Source of the DNA: an archaeon
Lineage (GTDB): Archaea > Nanobdellota > Nanobdellia > Pacearchaeales > GW2011-AR1
Length of the DNA stretch: 64,000 bases
Direction: 5' to 3'
NCBI GenBank assembly: GCA_038121585.1
Contig: JAYONY010000002.1
Span: 221,900 to 285,899 of the forward strand
In this document: positions 61,348-64,000 of the stretch, piece after piece
Layout of the letters: every line of letters starts with the position of its first letter
Numbering within the stretch: position 1 is the first letter of the stretch
The notes under the pieces: model-generated
What the model saw: only the letters and a program-made list of their open reading frames with translations
What the model was told of the DNA's origin: nothing
The model's database searches: none
Position numbers and translations under genes: made by a program

Positions 61348-62153
61348 TTACCGTAGTCGCTTGCAGGTATTTTTTTACGTAGACTCATAAGAATTTCTTT
61401 ACCTGTCAGTTCTTCTACTTCCTTACCGTCAGGCGCGAATGCAACGTATGTAATATCTGCATTGTCCATTACGTTACGTGCAATAAGGTCGCCTCCGCGG
61501 TCACCATCTATAAAGAGTGTAAGTTCTTTTTCCTTTCCAAGAGCTGCGATTTCTTTAGGTAACTTAGCGCCGTCCATACCAATAACATTATTCACACGGT
61601 TTTTTAGGAGATTTACAACGTCTGCTCGTCCTTCAACAACGATTACTTCTGGGCCACTAATATCTCCTGCAGGGAGCTTTTCCTCTCCATACTCTTGAAT
61701 CTTAGCAGCTCGAGTTTCTTCTTTGAGGGCTTTAGCAATACCGCCATCTCCCTCAATATCAAGTTTTGCAAGGAGTTTCTTAGCACGGTCAACAATATAA
61801 TCTCGTTTACTTCCTCGAACATCTTCAATCTTGTTAATTGTAAGCTTTGCTTCTGTCGGACCGATTCGATCTATTGTTTCAAGCATTGCAGCAATAAGTG
61901 TTGTTTCTGACTTATCAAGAGCTGAGGGTACTTGTACTTCTCCAACCGTTCGTCCATCTACGTTGTTGAGTTCTACTTCAATACGCCCGATTTTACCTTC
62001 TTTTTGAAGTTCTCGCATTTCAAGGTCTGCTCCTAAAAGACCCTCTGTTTGACCGAAAATTGCGCCGATAACATCTGGCTTTTCAAGTGGACCTTCGGAT
62101 TCGAAGTTTGCATAAATCATGTATTTTATTGATACTGGACTAACTTTTGCCAT
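61320..62153 (-). CDS. dnaG: archaeal DnaG (Toprim) primase/exosome-associated protein, N-terminal and Toprim parts
   Basis: KYMIYANFESEGPLEKPDVIGAIFGQTEGLLG..RELQKEGKIGRIEV, Toprim VIVVEGRADV..FIDGDRGGDLI. ATG 62153 preferred over the track start at 62231. The frame ends 3 codons after an A9 run. Confidence 0.85.
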   Translation of the reverse strand: MAKVSPVSIKYMIYANFESEGPLEKPDVIGAIFGQTEGLLGADLEMRELQKEGKIGRIEVELNNVDGRTVGEVQVPSALDKSETTLIAAMLETIDRIGPTEAKLTINKIEDVRGSKRDYIVDRAKKLLAKLDIEGDGGIAKALKEETRAAKIQEYGEEKLPAGDISGPEVIVVEGRADVVNLLKNRVNNVIGMDGAKLPKEIAALGKEKELTLFIDGDRGGDLIARNVMDNADITYVAFAPDGKEVEELTGKEILMSLRKKIPASDYGKKRNVKKNR

Positions 62154-62484
62154 TTGTTTGTATACTAGAATAAAAGATTGCATCACAATCAGCCCTAAGG
62201 GCCAAATCCTCTTGTGAGGTTGCTTGATCATTACTAAAACTGAGTTTTAGTGAGTGAATGTGAAGGTGATAATTGTAATCTACTATCCCTAGTTTGATAG
62301 TTGATGAAAAAATGTATTTAAATGTTGTGGTTCAGGAAAGGTAGTATCTGTTACAATAACGTAGTACAAATCAGCTAGAAATTCTCAAGTAGTTCGCTTT
62401 ATTGACTTTTCAGTGGCACTGTTATAACAAAGTTTATATAGAAAACCTCTCCAGATAGATTTAACACAAAAAAAGAGGTGTTAG

Positions 62485-62586
62485 GTGGATATACAAACAC
62501 AGGTCCCGGAGGACGTGATGCCACAAGAGCAAGCCTTTGAGGCAATTGACCCGGAAGAGCTCTTTGAAATCACGGGTATTGACTAA
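62485..62586 (+). CDS. candidate 22-33-aa acidic peptide gene
   Basis: TATA-like TTTATATA (62433-62440), GAGGTG (62475-62480), GTG 62485 or ATG 62518, TAA 62584-62586, then a T-rich tract. Confidence 0.3.
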   Translation: MDIQTQVPEDVMPQEQAFEAIDPEELFEITGID

Positions 62587-62611
62587 GGTCACTACAATCA
62601 CTCACTCCCTG

Positions 62612-62632
62612 TTTCTTTTTTGTTTTTTTTAT
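62612..62632 (+). terminator. oligo-T terminator candidate
   Basis: TTTCTTTTTTGTTTTTTTTAT lies 26 nt after the small ORF stop. Confidence 0.4.
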
Positions 62633-62694
62633 TATAAACAAAAAATTGGTTATAATGCAACAAGATTTATAAAATCCATAAGTCATATTCAATC

Positions 62695-63312
62695 ATGAAA
62701 TTTTTGAAAGAGAGGCTCAAGTCTTTACGCAAGAAAAAAGAAGTGCATCACCATGCATTTGGTGCACAACCAGCATCGCCAGGTAAGAAACGTGTTGTCG
62801 CTATTACAGCGGTAGGTATTGTTATTGTTCTTGCAATGGTGCTTATTGTACAACCGGCTTTTACAGGATATACTGTCTATCAAGAAATTAAGGATTCTGG
62901 AACGCCTGTTGAATCATACAGCACTGAGCTTGTGCGTTTACAATCTGATTTGACTGCAACTAAAGAAAGTCTTGCTACGTGTCAAGTGACTGAGAATGCA
63001 CTTAAGTCCGATGTTGAGGTATATCAGCAAGAAGCAACGACTGCTAAAAATGAGTTGCAAACACAAACATCAACACTTAGTGCACAACTTGATAAATTTA
63101 AATCTCAAAATCAACAATTACTAAATGATTTAGAGGATAAAGATGAACGTATTGATGAATTAGAGGATAATCAAAACACACTAATCCATACTTCTGCTGA
63201 GCAATTCTGTTGTGTAAACCAGATTTTTGATTCAGAAATAGACTCGTATGATGTTGATGATAAAATCGTCTGCCAACAAGATGGCGATGGGGAATTTAAT
63301 TTGAATTGCTAA
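62695..63312 (+). CDS. N-terminally anchored coiled-coil protein with Cys-rich C-terminus
   Basis: TM VVAITAVGIVIVLAMVLIV, heptad-rich Q/E/L/T region, C-terminal CCVNQ..VCQQDGDGEFNLNC. TATA-like GATTTATAAAAT about 25 nt upstream. Confidence 0.5.
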   Translation: MKFLKERLKSLRKKKEVHHHAFGAQPASPGKKRVVAITAVGIVIVLAMVLIVQPAFTGYTVYQEIKDSGTPVESYSTELVRLQSDLTATKESLATCQVTENALKSDVEVYQQEATTAKNELQTQTSTLSAQLDKFKSQNQQLLNDLEDKDERIDELEDNQNTLIHTSAEQFCCVNQIFDSEIDSYDVDDKIVCQQDGDGEFNLNC

Positions 63313-63381
63313 GTACTAAATCTACAACTCGCAACTAATAACACATAACTTTGTAATAATAAAAACGTAGAAATCACGAGC

Positions 63382-63960
63382 TTATTGCTCCATGCGTTTT
63401 TTAAGACTATAATATTCTTTCACTTTACCAAGTTTATCATAAAGTGCAAGCAGTTCTTTTTGTACTTGCATACGTTCTCCCATATCAAGTTCTAATTGAA
63501 GAGCCTTTTCATATGCTACAGCAGCGTTTGAGCGCCTATCAGCATTAACATATCCTCGAGCTTGTGAAATTACAAAATTCTTATAATTTGAGCGAATATC
63601 ATCTTTTTCTCGAGAGTTGCCAAGCGCTAATGCTTGTCCAAAAAGCCTGTCTGATTCTGCATAATCGCCCCCTCTCACAAAAAGTTCAATAGCCTTCATA
63701 TAATCACGAATCTTATCCTTATAAGTAGTATTTATCTCAGCTGCTGATTTGAATAGTCGAGCTGCTTCTAAATACATTTTTCGCCCTTCATAAATGCCTC
63801 CGAGCCTTATAAGACAGAACTTACGAGTATCAAAATCTAAATTTGATTTTAAAGCTCGTTGTAAATAGCTCATTTTTACAAAATCGCCCATTGAATTAAG
63901 CTTTGCCTCAATTTCAATACGATTTTTCTCAGCTATTGGACGTTCTACAGAGTGCACCAT
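63382..63960 (-). CDS. TPR-like repeat protein
   Basis: Repeated 34-aa-like A/Y/L helical pairs (GIYEGRKMYLEAARLFKSAAE, GDYAESDRLFGQALAL, AAVAYEKALQL). Confidence 0.5.
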   Translation of the reverse strand: MVHSVERPIAEKNRIEIEAKLNSMGDFVKMSYLQRALKSNLDFDTRKFCLIRLGGIYEGRKMYLEAARLFKSAAEINTTYKDKIRDYMKAIELFVRGGDYAESDRLFGQALALGNSREKDDIRSNYKNFVISQARGYVNADRRSNAAVAYEKALQLELDMGERMQVQKELLALYDKLGKVKEYYSLKKRMEQ

Positions 63961-64000
63961 TTCTTTTTCTCCTAGAGCAACTAGACACGAAATGAGTTAA

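Noticed and set aside
1-64000. Looked for CRISPR arrays, rRNA genes, integrases, transposases, reverse transcriptases and inteins
   Set aside because: No spaced direct-repeat arrays and no rRNA-like conserved stretches were seen. No ORF had integrase, transposase or RT motifs. Housekeeping proteins have normal lengths without intein-like insertions.

Overview
Compact, gene-dense archaeal chromosome segment, coding on both strands and by eye about 40% GC. It is most consistent with a small-genome DPANN-type archaeon (inference).

Evidence for an archaeal origin:
- Ribosomal proteins L10e and L35Ae.
- Archaeal-type ThrRS (N-terminal editing domain), TrpRS and GluRS.
- Archaeal DnaG and a RecJ/GAN-like nuclease.
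- Two pilin-like genes with class III (prepilin) signal peptides.
- A tRNA-Gly carrying a textbook bulge-helix-bulge intron.
- TATA boxes centred about 25 nt upstream of many start codons, which suggests leaderless mRNAs.

Housekeeping content: DEAD-box helicase, circularly permuted GTPase, XPD/DinG-like helicase, PEP synthase, MetF, UvrA, UvrC, RNase HII, an SMC-type ATPase, MTAP, an Nfo-like TIM barrel, two Nudix hydrolases, two DHH phosphoesterases, a VIT1 transporter and three tRNAs (Val, Gly, Met). Between these lie many lineage-specific hypothetical, membrane and secreted proteins. They include a bacterial-type peptidoglycan amidase, a PLD-like protein, and transglutaminase-like, papain-like and HExxH candidates.

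I saw no rRNA, CRISPR array, integrase or transposase. All three stop codons terminate confident genes.

Most interesting observations:
1. The SMC homologue (53063-55987) has canonical SMC heads. Its exact midpoint carries a Rad50/SbcC-type CPLC zinc-hook motif, and there is no room for a hinge domain.
2. dnaG is split by a -1 frame change at a perfect A_AAA_AAA slippery site within an A9 run.
3. A tightly packed four-gene operon of unknown function (19392-24564) contains a split xylose-isomerase/Nfo-like TIM barrel and a nucleotidyltransferase.
4. A receptor-like surface protein carries a degenerate class III cyclase-like cytoplasmic domain.
5. A tRNA 3'-end duplication or scar lies next to AT-rich orphan genes, and a degraded RelE-like toxin lies next to tRNA-Met.
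6. An RHH plus unknown two-gene cassette.

All family assignments come from motif recognition by eye. No searches were run.
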